A stretch of 64,000 bases of DNA from an uncultured Eubacteriales bacterium (GTDB taxonomy: Bacteria; Bacillota; Clostridia; Oscillospirales; Acutalibacteraceae). Of the stretch, positions 1 through 8,569 are shown one piece after another. Position numbers and translations under genes: made by a program. Each line of letters opens with the position of its first letter. Position 1 is the stretch's first letter. The DNA lies in assembly GCA_948537335.1 (NCBI GenBank), contig CAOUJG010000005.1:2580-66579 (forward strand). Reading direction: 5' to 3'. The notes below the pieces were generated by a model. That model was not told the DNA's origin, did not search any database, and saw nothing but the letters and a program-made list of their open reading frames with translations.

Positions 1-1
1 T

Positions 2-430
2 TTGGCAGTGATGAGGCAAATTCAAACATTATTAGACAAGAGAATTCAGAGCCACAGTGCAAGGATAGCAAACGAGATTTTGATGTTTTTTCGAAATTGC
101 AAGAAATCGGCGCAGGATGTCTCGATGAACGAGCCGATAGATACCGATAAGGACGGAAACGCGCTAGTTTTGATGGACGTGATGGCGACAGAGGACTTGA
201 TTGTGGAGGAGCTGGACACGAAAATCAAGTCGGAAAGCCTGTATAGGTACATAGATGAGGTGCTGTCGGAGCGCGAGAGAATCATCGTTAGATTGCGATA
301 TGGCCTTGGCGGAAAAATTCCTTTGACGCAGCGAGAAGTGGCCAAAAAGCTCAATATATCTAGATCTTATGTTTCTCGGATAGAAAAAAAGTCTCTGCTG
401 GCGCTAAAAAAAAGGTTTAACAAAGCGTAA
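2..430 (+). CDS. Sporulation-type sigma-70 family sigma factor (SigK/SigE/SigG-like), C-terminal part; the 5' end lies outside the window
   Basis: Region 4.2 helix-turn-helix 'TQREVAKKLNISRSYVSRIEKKSLLALKKRF' and the preceding 'DVSMNEPIDTDKDGNALVLMDV' resemble Bacillus SigK/SigE. The ORF is open to the window edge. Confidence 0.75.
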   Translation: MAVMRQIQTLLDKRIQSHSARIANEILMFFRNCKKSAQDVSMNEPIDTDKDGNALVLMDVMATEDLIVEELDTKIKSESLYRYIDEVLSERERIIVRLRYGLGGKIPLTQREVAKKLNISRSYVSRIEKKSLLALKKRFNKA

Positions 431-457
431 AATAGTAGTAAAATTAAGATAAAGGAC

Positions 458-1243
458 GTGACAAATTTGTTAAAAGTGAGTTTGATTTCGCATACGAATG
501 AGCCGGAAAAATTAATAGCCTGTGCTGCCAAACTTTGCTATTCGCCGGTGGGCGCGGATGGCATCCGGCAGGGGTTGACCGACGAAAAGGTGACCAACTT
601 TGTGAATATGTTGGCCGAATTAGGGCACGAAAGTCCAACGGAGCACGTTACATTCACGTTTGCTATCGAGGGAGTGTCGCGGTCGTTGCTCGCGCAGCTG
701 ACGAGACATCGGATGGCTTCGTATAGCGTGCAAAGCCAGCGATACGTAAAAACAAGCGATTTTGAATTTGTACTGCCACCGGAAATAGCGGAAATAAGCG
801 AGGCCAAGGAAGAATTCTTGCGTGCTATGCAAGAGGACGCCCAGCATTACGAGAGTTTAGTGCAAATTTTGAAGAAGAAGCATAAGGAAAGCTTGATGAA
901 TGGCGGAAAAGACGAAAAAGTTGCAGAGAAATTGGCGGAGAAAAAGGCGATTGAAGATGCGAGGTATGTTCTGCCCAATGCTTGCGAGACTAAGCTTGTC
1001 TGCACATTTAATGCGCGCAGTTTGATGAATTTTTTTGCGCATCGCTGTTGCAATCGGGCGCAGTGGGAGATTCGGCAACTTGCGGCGGAGATGCTGCGGT
1101 TGGTTTCGGAAGTCGCGCCGAACATCTTTAAAAAGGCAGGGCCGCCTTGCATCAACGGAAAGTGCCCGGAGGGCCAGATGTCGTGCGGAGAGCAGGTCAA
1201 GGTTAAGAAATATTTTTCGCAGCTAAAGGGAGAACGGCCATGA
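458..1243 (+). CDS. thyX: FAD-dependent thymidylate synthase ThyX
   Basis: ThyX signature 'RHRMASYSVQSQRY' (RHRxxSxxxxSxR) in a 261-aa ORF. The GTG start is as given in the ORF track. Confidence 0.9.
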   Translation: MTNLLKVSLISHTNEPEKLIACAAKLCYSPVGADGIRQGLTDEKVTNFVNMLAELGHESPTEHVTFTFAIEGVSRSLLAQLTRHRMASYSVQSQRYVKTSDFEFVLPPEIAEISEAKEEFLRAMQEDAQHYESLVQILKKKHKESLMNGGKDEKVAEKLAEKKAIEDARYVLPNACETKLVCTFNARSLMNFFAHRCCNRAQWEIRQLAAEMLRLVSEVAPNIFKKAGPPCINGKCPEGQMSCGEQVKVKKYFSQLKGERP

Positions 1244-1911
1244 ACACGGGAAAGTTCATCGTTATAGAGGGCTTGGACGGCAGCGGAAAGGCGACTCAGA
1301 CTAAGCTGATTTGCGAAAAGCTTGAGCAAAAGAACAAGACGGTTTGCAAACTGAGCTTTCCTGACTACACCGAGCCTTCTTCTGCGCTTGTTAGGATGTA
1401 CCTTAACTCGGAGTTTGGCGATTCTCCGGACGACGTGAATGTTTATGCGGCTTCTTCTTTTTACGCGGTGGACCGGTACGCGAGCTACAAGCGGTTCTGG
1501 AAGGATAAGTACGAAGGCGGGCAGACTATTGTTGCGGACCGGTATACGACGTCGAACGCGATATATCAGCTTTGCCGGCTCGAGGAAGCTCAGTGGAACG
1601 AGTACATCGAGTGGATGGAAGATTATGAGTACGGGAAGCTGGAGTTGCCGCGGCCGGACTTGGTTGTCTATTTGGACATGCCGGTGGAAGTCTCGCAAAA
1701 GCTGATGCGTGGGCGATATAACGGGGACGACTCGAAGAAGGATTTGCATGAAAAGGACGTAGAGTTTTTGAAGAAATGCCGGGAGTCGGCAATGTATTCG
1801 GTACAAAAGCTTGGTTGGAAGGTTGTTAATTGTAGCGAAAACGGAGTACCCAAGCCGATTGAAGAGATAAATAGGGCGATTGAAATATTGATTGAGCAAG
1901 GCTTGGGCTAG
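1240..1911 (+). CDS. tmk: dTMP (thymidylate) kinase
   Basis: P-loop 'IVIEGLDGSGKATQ' and the 'VADRY' motif. The start overlaps the thyX stop (ATGA). Confidence 0.9.
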   Translation: MNTGKFIVIEGLDGSGKATQTKLICEKLEQKNKTVCKLSFPDYTEPSSALVRMYLNSEFGDSPDDVNVYAASSFYAVDRYASYKRFWKDKYEGGQTIVADRYTTSNAIYQLCRLEEAQWNEYIEWMEDYEYGKLELPRPDLVVYLDMPVEVSQKLMRGRYNGDDSKKDLHEKDVEFLKKCRESAMYSVQKLGWKVVNCSENGVPKPIEEINRAIEILIEQGLG

Positions 1912-1948
1912 CGCTGGTGAGACAAGCCAAAAAGGAGGCAGGGCAAAG

Positions 1949-3259
1949 ATGAGTGACGACAAGGATTTTGACTTTGACGGGAGAAAAAAGAAGATAGAAA
2001 ATTTTGAGGTTGAAATAAATGACGCGAGCCTGGACAAGGAGCCGATGGAAGACCTGATGAGCTATAGCGATGGCGGCAAAAAGACGCGTGGAAGCGGTAG
2101 ACGCAAGGCCTCTAAAAATGCGCCGACGGTTAAAAAGTCACCGCAAAATGCAAAGCTTTTTAAGATGGTTTGGATCGGCATGATTGCGGCGGTCTGCATT
2201 ATGCTGGGGCAATTTGTTCTTTTTGGAACGCTGGACATGCTGGCCATCACGAGGCAGGACGACACTTTTAGCGTGGAGATCCCCAAAGGCGCGTCGAAGA
2301 GCCAGGTGGTGGACATTCTGCGCGAAAACGGAGTCATAAATCAGCCGACGTTCTTCAAGCTGTACCTGTTTTTTACCAAGGGCTCGCAAAAGTTTATTCC
2401 GGGCACGTTCGAGATAAAGGCGAATCTTGACTACGAGGCCATTGTTAATTATTTGCAGTCGAACGCGAACCGGATAGATACCGACATCGTGGACGTGACG
2501 ATCCCTGAGGGCAAGAACGTAATGGAGATTGCGGCTATTCTTGAAAGCAACGAGATTTGCTCGGCCGAAGAGTTCATGGGTGCCTGCAAATCCAGCGAAT
2601 TTGACAAGGACTATAGCTTTTTGAAGGAGCGGAAGTCGGCTGCAGACACGATTTACAGGCTGGAGGGCTTTTTGTTTCCCGACACATACAGCTTTTACAA
2701 GAATGTTGAGCCGAAGACCGTGATAAAGAAGTTTTTGAATAATTTTAACAACAAGATCTCGAAAAAGCTGATTACCGATGAGTCGAACGAAAAAGTTAGC
2801 ATAAAGACCGTGGCAGAGCGTAAGTCCATGCCGATAGAGGATTTAATAATTATTGCGTCGATGATTCAGGCTGAGGCCTCGAACGACGCGGACATGCTGG
2901 GGATAGCTTCGGTAATAGAGAACAGGCTGAGTACTTCGAAAAATGGGGGCCTTTCACCGTTTGGAGATGCAATAAATAGTTGCCTGTGCATAGACTCGAC
3001 GGTTTGGTACCCATATAGAAACAAGGACAAAGCTCCAGAAGAGGTTCGGGAGAATTACGAAAGCCCTTATGATACCTACAAAAAAAGAGGCCTCACCCCG
3101 GGAGCTATCTGTAACCCTGGCATGGCGGCCATCGAAGCGGTATTGAACCACAAATCAACGCAGTATTACTTTTATTGCCACAATAAAGAGGGCAAAACCT
3201 TCTATGCGAAGACGTTCTCGGAGCATAATGTGAACTTGAAGAAGGCCGGTATATCTTAA
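1949..3259 (+). CDS. mltG: Endolytic murein transglycosylase MltG (YceG-like)
   Basis: N-terminal TM segment and the YceG motif 'LEGFLFPDTY'. I chose the ATG at 1949 because it is preceded by AGGAGG; the ORF track starts earlier, at 1892. Confidence 0.85.
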   Translation: MSDDKDFDFDGRKKKIENFEVEINDASLDKEPMEDLMSYSDGGKKTRGSGRRKASKNAPTVKKSPQNAKLFKMVWIGMIAAVCIMLGQFVLFGTLDMLAITRQDDTFSVEIPKGASKSQVVDILRENGVINQPTFFKLYLFFTKGSQKFIPGTFEIKANLDYEAIVNYLQSNANRIDTDIVDVTIPEGKNVMEIAAILESNEICSAEEFMGACKSSEFDKDYSFLKERKSAADTIYRLEGFLFPDTYSFYKNVEPKTVIKKFLNNFNNKISKKLITDESNEKVSIKTVAERKSMPIEDLIIIASMIQAEASNDADMLGIASVIENRLSTSKNGGLSPFGDAINSCLCIDSTVWYPYRNKDKAPEEVRENYESPYDTYKKRGLTPGAICNPGMAAIEAVLNHKSTQYYFYCHNKEGKTFYAKTFSEHNVNLKKAGIS

Positions 3260-3264
3260 TTTTT

Positions 3265-4512
3265 TTGAGAAGGAAGAAAGTTTTGAGAGATAAAAATATT
3301 TTTGCAAAAAGACCCGAAGTTTTGGCTCCGGCGGGCGACATGGAGCGGTTGATGGCGGCGGTGAATTTTGGCGCGGACGCAGTATACCTGGCAGGGCAGG
3401 CGTTTGGCATGAGAACGGCGCCGAACAATTTTAGCGAAGAAGAAATCGTAAAAGCAGTAGAATTTGCGCACAAAAATGGTGCCAAAGTGTACATTACATG
3501 CAATACATTGCCGCATAACGACGAGGTTACAGAGCTGCCATCGTTTATTCAAAAGCTAGCAGACGCGCGGGTGGACGCGATTATCGTCGCGGATGTGGGC
3601 GTTTTGCAGCTGGCAAAAAAATATGCGCCGGATGTGGACGTTCACATCTCGACGCAGGCCGGCGTGGTGAATTATTTGACAGCGCGGGCTTTTTACGAGC
3701 TGGGCGCCAAGAGGGTTATCTTGGCAAGGGAGTTAACGCTCGAAGAGATCGCTACGATCAGAGCCAAAACAGATGCAGATTTAGAATTAGAGGTTTTTGT
3801 GCATGGCTCGATGTGCGTGTCGTTCTCGGGCCGATGCTTGCTCTCGAGCTATTTAACGGGCCGCGACGCCAACAGAGGTGACTGCGCGCAGCCGTGCCGC
3901 TGGAAGTATAGCTTGGTTGAAGAAAACAGAGAAGGGCAGCTTTTCCCTATTGTGGAGGGAAGCGGCGGGGCGTACATACTGAATTCGCGCGACCTATGTA
4001 TGATCAACCACATTCCAGAGGTGATAAATGCGGGTGCGACGAGCCTGAAGATTGAAGGTAGGGCGAAGTCCGCCTACTATGTGGCGACAACGACGAATGC
4101 CTACCGCAATGCAGTGGATCTATGCATAAGCGGAAAGCCCATTGAGCCGTGGATTATCGACGAGCTAGAGAAAATCAGCCACAGAGAGTACAGCACGGGT
4201 TTCTTTTTTGGAAACGAGCCCGGCCAGATATACTCAAACGGAGGCTACATCCGAAAATATGATGTCGTCGCGGTTTGTGATGGCTTTAATGACGGAATGG
4301 CAGAAATAACTCAGCGGAATAAATTTTCTAAGGGAGACACCTTAGACGTGCTGGAGTCAGGCCGCAAGCCATTTGAAATAAAGGTTGAGAAAATTTTAGA
4401 CCAATGGGGTAACGAGGTTGAATCCGCTCCTCACGCGATGCAGAAGCTGTTTGTTCAGGTAGACGAAGGCAAAAAAGTTTCCTCCGGAGCATATCTGCGA
4501 AAAAGGCGATAA
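3265..4512 (+). CDS. Peptidase U32 family protein (collagenase-like / YrrO-type)
   Basis: U32 signature 'EVFVHGSMCVSFSGRCLLSSY...GDCAQPCR'. It follows mltG, as the Bacillus yrrL-yrrNO genes do. The exact start is uncertain. Confidence 0.85.
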   Translation: MRRKKVLRDKNIFAKRPEVLAPAGDMERLMAAVNFGADAVYLAGQAFGMRTAPNNFSEEEIVKAVEFAHKNGAKVYITCNTLPHNDEVTELPSFIQKLADARVDAIIVADVGVLQLAKKYAPDVDVHISTQAGVVNYLTARAFYELGAKRVILARELTLEEIATIRAKTDADLELEVFVHGSMCVSFSGRCLLSSYLTGRDANRGDCAQPCRWKYSLVEENREGQLFPIVEGSGGAYILNSRDLCMINHIPEVINAGATSLKIEGRAKSAYYVATTTNAYRNAVDLCISGKPIEPWIIDELEKISHREYSTGFFFGNEPGQIYSNGGYIRKYDVVAVCDGFNDGMAEITQRNKFSKGDTLDVLESGRKPFEIKVEKILDQWGNEVESAPHAMQKLFVQVDEGKKVSSGAYLRKRR

Positions 4513-4559
4513 ACAAAAATTCGCATTTGTGCGAGAGTTATTGAAGAACGAGAAATAAC

Positions 4560-4709
4560 TTATTGCTCGTTGATGTCGGAACACTCAGTTAAATCTAGGT
4601 CGCATGTAATTGAAGAAGAGGTTTCATTTGTGGTTACCACGGACGAAGAGAGGCTGTCTTCATTTTTTATTAAATCTTCAGCTATATCGTCATCGATTTC
4701 ACCCTGCAT
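4560..4709 (-). CDS. Possible small acidic protein (49 aa), unannotated
   Basis: ATG preceded by GAGGAG at 6 nt. Product: MQGEIDDDIAEDLIKNEDSLSSSVVTTNETSSSITCDLDLTECSDINEQ. I recognise no similarity. Confidence 0.2.
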   Translation of the reverse strand: MQGEIDDDIAEDLIKNEDSLSSSVVTTNETSSSITCDLDLTECSDINEQ

Positions 4710-4746
4710 TTGGGGCTCCTCGGTATTTGCACCAAAGCAGAAATCT

Positions 4747-4775
4747 TTGACTTTTACAGATTTTTTTGTTATAAT
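4747..4775 (+). promoter_or_regulatory. Sigma-A type promoter for tRNA-Ser
   Basis: TTGACT (4747-4752), a 17-nt spacer, then TATAAT (4770-4775), about 17 nt upstream of the tRNA 5' end. Confidence 0.7.
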
Positions 4776-4791
4776 AATTAAATCTATTTTT

Positions 4792-4884
4792 GGAGAGGTG
4801 TCCGAGCTGGCCGAAGGAGCACGATTGGAAATCGTGTAAACCGTTAAAGCGGTTTCTGGGGTTCGAATCCCCATCTCTCCGCCA
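4792..4884 (+). tRNA. tRNA-Ser (anticodon GGA), CCA encoded
   Basis: Hand-folded cloverleaf: acceptor GGAGAGG/TCTCTCC, anticodon stem CACGA/TCGTG with loop TTGGAAA, a long variable arm, and T-arm TGGGG-TTCGAAT-CCCCA. Confidence 0.9.
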
Positions 4885-4993
4885 CTTTGTACGATGTTAT
4901 ATTAGGAGAAAGGGGTTTCTAATGAATTTTTGGATAAGTTCAACTTTTAGCAAGTAAATGCCGGAATGGACATGAAGAGCCCTAAGCCAGATT

Positions 4994-5317
4994 TTGGGTG
5001 TGACGAAGGACAAAATCAAATCGCCTGTGGCCAACGTTTTAAGTAAGAATACCGCTAATTTTGCTGCCATGTATAATTTGTTTTTTCCGATTCGATTAAT
5101 TAAGATGGCGTACCAATCGCTAAACTTAGAGCTTAGCGATGATGATATTCGTGAACAAGCCGCAAATGCTGTGGGCTCCTGCATTATAACTGCTGCTTTT
5201 GCAGGCAAAAGTGATATTCCAGAAGCCCTTGTACCCAAAATAGAGGCTAAGGGTGACGAATTGATAAATTTGTGTGAATTCAAATTAGGCACAGATTTTC
5301 AAGCATTGTTTAACTAA
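4994..5317 (+). CDS. Hypothetical ORF in the AT-rich spacer; possibly a gene fragment
   Basis: The only support is an open frame of 107 aa. There is no convincing RBS and no recognisable motif, and an equally long ORF lies on the opposite strand. Confidence 0.2.
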   Translation: MGVTKDKIKSPVANVLSKNTANFAAMYNLFFPIRLIKMAYQSLNLELSDDDIREQAANAVGSCIITAAFAGKSDIPEALVPKIEAKGDELINLCEFKLGTDFQALFN

Positions 5318-5390
5318 AAACAACTAATATTTGAACGCCAGGTAAGGGTTTGTCCATTTTTAATTTTTTAAAATATGAAAAAAGGAGATT

Positions 5391-6413
5391 TTGCAACGGA
5401 TGTGTGAAAAAAAGACGTTAAAAAGCAGACTTTGGTTGGTTGTGGTGGCTTGTGCTGCGATTTTATTTAGCGTAGCGTTTGCATTTGTTTGGAACCAAAA
5501 GGAGGAATATACGCCAGGTGGGCACCCAATGCTGATGGCAGCCCACAGCGGTTATAGTCAGCCGATGGTAATACCGGTGGCGATGGCGGCGGACGATAAT
5601 TACACGTACCCGACGATAGTTGCGATAACGTCGATGATGATAAATTCTAACAGCAACACGCAATACGATATTTACATTATGACGCCGGGCGGCTTTGCGG
5701 GTAAGAATAAGCAGAGAATCTTGAGTCTGCAGGATAAATACAAAAATAGGTGCAAAATAACGTTTATCGATATGCAGGACCGCTATAAAAAGGCGAACGA
5801 TAGGGGCCATATAACGACACCGACGTATTATCGACTGTCTTTGTCATCTTTGCTGCCAGAAATAGAAAAGATCATTTGGCTGGACGGGGACGTCTTAGTT
5901 TTGGGCGATTTTACGGATATGTATAACATAAGCATGGACGGGCTTTATTATAGGGGCTTTTTGGATAGCAACGTCCGTGGGACAGAGAAGTTTGGAATAA
6001 AAAATGACCATTTTATATGTGCCGGCGTGATGTTGGTAAACTTAGCGAAGCTGAGAGCCGACAATATGGAGGCAAAGTTTGAAAAGTTTATTGAAAATAA
6101 TAATGACAGGCTTGAGCAGCACGACCAGACAGTTATAAACGTGGTTTGTTATAAAAACACAGACTTTTTGCCTGCCAAGTACGGGATATTTAATTTTGGG
6201 ACCGTAGAAGCGGCCAGGTCACACGCGGAGGCTTTGTTAGCTAGGGACCGATATACTGCAGACGAGATGCAAGATGCGTATGAAAACCCAGTAATATTGC
6301 ACTGTATATGCAAGCCGTGGGGCCAGGGCGAGGCTAATAGAAAAAGTTTGTGGTGGGAATACGCCGCAAAGACCGATTATTTTGAGGAAATAAAAGTAAA
6401 ATATAATTCGTAG
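5391..6413 (+). CDS. Glycosyltransferase family 8, membrane-anchored
   Basis: N-terminal TM helix, 'AADDNYTYP', DxD 'WLDGDVLV' and 'HDQTVINVV', as in GT8/GspA-type enzymes. The start could be TTG 5391 or ATG 5400. Confidence 0.8.
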   Translation: MQRMCEKKTLKSRLWLVVVACAAILFSVAFAFVWNQKEEYTPGGHPMLMAAHSGYSQPMVIPVAMAADDNYTYPTIVAITSMMINSNSNTQYDIYIMTPGGFAGKNKQRILSLQDKYKNRCKITFIDMQDRYKKANDRGHITTPTYYRLSLSSLLPEIEKIIWLDGDVLVLGDFTDMYNISMDGLYYRGFLDSNVRGTEKFGIKNDHFICAGVMLVNLAKLRADNMEAKFEKFIENNNDRLEQHDQTVINVVCYKNTDFLPAKYGIFNFGTVEAARSHAEALLARDRYTADEMQDAYENPVILHCICKPWGQGEANRKSLWWEYAAKTDYFEEIKVKYNS

Positions 6414-6553
6414 GCGCAAGGTTTTTGCCAGAATGAACTAACGAGAGATTCCTTTTTCAATATGGGGGTCTCTTTAGTTTTGCCGCCGCGGGGTTGACAA
6501 TAGCTGGGGCATTGCGTAACATAATAGTAGAGGTCGCAAAATGGGGGATGTTT

Positions 6554-8536
6554 ATGGAATTAAAAGCGCGAAATTATGGGAATGACAGCATATCGTCGCT
6601 GAAGGGTGCCGACAGAGTGCGCAAACGGCCGGCGGTTATATTTGGTTCGGACGGAATAGAGGGATGCCAGCACTCGGTTTTTGAGATTTTGTCGAATTCA
6701 ATTGACGAAGCGCGAGAGGGATTTGGCGCGGAGATAGTGGTGACGCTGTTTGAGAATCACTCGATAGAGATAGAAGACCACGGCAGAGGGATTCCGGTGG
6801 ACTTTAACAAAAACGAGGGCAAGTTCAACTGGGAGCTTGTTTTTTGCGAGCTTTACGCGGGCGGCAAGTATAACAACGCTGCGGCGCAAAATTACGAGTA
6901 CTCACTGGGGCTAAACGGCTTGGGGCTGTGCTCCACGCAGTATTCATCGGAGTATATGGACGTTGAGATAAAGCGCGACGGCTTTGTTTATGGCTTGCAC
7001 TTCGAAAAGGGCGAGAATGTCGGCGGTTTAAAAAAGGAGCCGTATGGTGGTAAAGACACCGGAACGAAGATTCGCTGGAGGCCCGACTTGGCGGTGTTTA
7101 CGGACATAAACATAAGCCAGGAGTACTTTTTTGACATAATGAAGCGCCAGGCCATTGTTAATGCGGGTTTGAAGTTTATTTTTCGGTACCAGGCGGGCGA
7201 AAGCTTCGAGGTATCTGAGTTTCAGTACGAAAACGGCATTGTGGACCACGTTAAGGAGCTCGTTGAAGAGGACTTTTTGACTCCGGTGCAGTTTTGGACG
7301 GGCGAAAAAAAGGTCCGCGACCGCGACGACAAGCCATATTACAAAACGAAGATAAACATCGCGTTTGCGTTTTCGAACAAAGTAAGCGGGGCCGAGTACT
7401 ACCACAACTCGAGCTGGCTGGAGTACGGCGGCGCGCCCGAAAAGGCCGTGAAGAACGCGTTTGTGTATCAGATCGATTCCTACTTGAAGCAGGGCGGGAA
7501 GTACAACAAAAACGAGAGTAAGATAACGTTTGCCGACGTGGAGGACTGCTTGGTCGTGGTGGTTTCGTCGTTTTCGAACGTGACGTCGTATGAGAACCAG
7601 ACGAAAAAATCGATAACGAACAAGGGCATACAGGACGCCATGGTCGAGATGTTCCGGCATCAGTTGGAGGTTTATTTTATTGAGAACCCGACGGACGCCG
7701 AAAAAATCGGGGCGCAGGTGCTCATAAACAAACGAAGCCGCGAGGATGCGGAAAAGACGCGCCTTAACATCAAAAAGAAACTGACGAGCAATATGGACAT
7801 CACGAGCCGGGTTGCGAAGTTTGTGGACTGCCGGAGTAAGGATGTGTCGGAGCGCGAACTATTTATCGTGGAGGGCGACTCTGCGCTGGGAGCCTGCAAA
7901 CAGGCGCGCGACCCGAATTTTCAGGCGATTATCCCGATTCGCGGCAAAATTTTGAACTGTCTGAAGGTCGATTATAACAAGATTTTTAAAAGCGAGATTA
8001 TAACAGACCTCATTAAGGTTCTGGGCTGCGGAGTGCAGATAAAATCTAAGGCGAGCAAGGATTTGGCGTCGTTTGACATAAATTTGCTGCGGTGGAACAA
8101 GGTGATTCTGTGTACGGATGCCGACGTGGACGGCTTTCAGATCCGAACGCTGCTGTTGACGATGATTTATCGGTTGACGCCCCGACTGATCGACGAGGGC
8201 AAGGTTTTCATCGCGGAATCGCCGCTTTATGAGATCAACACGAAGAGCGAGACGTACTTTGCGTACACGGAAAAGGAAAAGGAGGACTTCATAAAGGGCT
8301 TGGGAACGCAAAAGTATACGATCCAGCGGTCGAAGGGGCTTGGCGAGAACGAGCCGGACATGATGAATCTGACGACGATGAACCCGAAAACGCGCAGGCT
8401 GATAAAGATAATGCCAGAGGACGCGCAACGGACGGCGCAGATGTTTGACGTGCTGCTGGGGGACAACATAGCGGGCCGCAAGGAGTTCATTGTGGAGAAC
8501 GGGCATCTTTACATTGACGTCGCGGATATCAGCTGA
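6554..8536 (+). CDS. Type IIA DNA topoisomerase subunit B (ParE/GyrB-like)
   Basis: GHKL ATPase N-terminus 'GLEGCQH..EILSNSIDEA', Toprim 'ELFIVEGDSALG' and 'CTDADVDGFQI'. ATG 6554 follows GGGGGA. Confidence 0.9.
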   Translation: MELKARNYGNDSISSLKGADRVRKRPAVIFGSDGIEGCQHSVFEILSNSIDEAREGFGAEIVVTLFENHSIEIEDHGRGIPVDFNKNEGKFNWELVFCELYAGGKYNNAAAQNYEYSLGLNGLGLCSTQYSSEYMDVEIKRDGFVYGLHFEKGENVGGLKKEPYGGKDTGTKIRWRPDLAVFTDINISQEYFFDIMKRQAIVNAGLKFIFRYQAGESFEVSEFQYENGIVDHVKELVEEDFLTPVQFWTGEKKVRDRDDKPYYKTKINIAFAFSNKVSGAEYYHNSSWLEYGGAPEKAVKNAFVYQIDSYLKQGGKYNKNESKITFADVEDCLVVVVSSFSNVTSYENQTKKSITNKGIQDAMVEMFRHQLEVYFIENPTDAEKIGAQVLINKRSREDAEKTRLNIKKKLTSNMDITSRVAKFVDCRSKDVSERELFIVEGDSALGACKQARDPNFQAIIPIRGKILNCLKVDYNKIFKSEIITDLIKVLGCGVQIKSKASKDLASFDINLLRWNKVILCTDADVDGFQIRTLLLTMIYRLTPRLIDEGKVFIAESPLYEINTKSETYFAYTEKEKEDFIKGLGTQKYTIQRSKGLGENEPDMMNLTTMNPKTRRLIKIMPEDAQRTAQMFDVLLGDNIAGRKEFIVENGHLYIDVADIS

Positions 8537-8569
8537 GCGGCCGCGCAAAGGTTACGGAGGTGAAAAGTT

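Noticed and set aside
847-2037. A 396-aa minus-strand ORF spanning thyX, tmk and the start of mltG
   Set aside because: It lies antisense to three genes with clear catalytic motifs. Its product is low-complexity (Leu/Arg/Pro/Ser-rich) with no motif, which is typical of a shadow ORF.
4570-4839. An 89-aa plus-strand ORF
   Set aside because: It runs through the tRNA-Ser promoter and into the tRNA itself, and it has no RBS.
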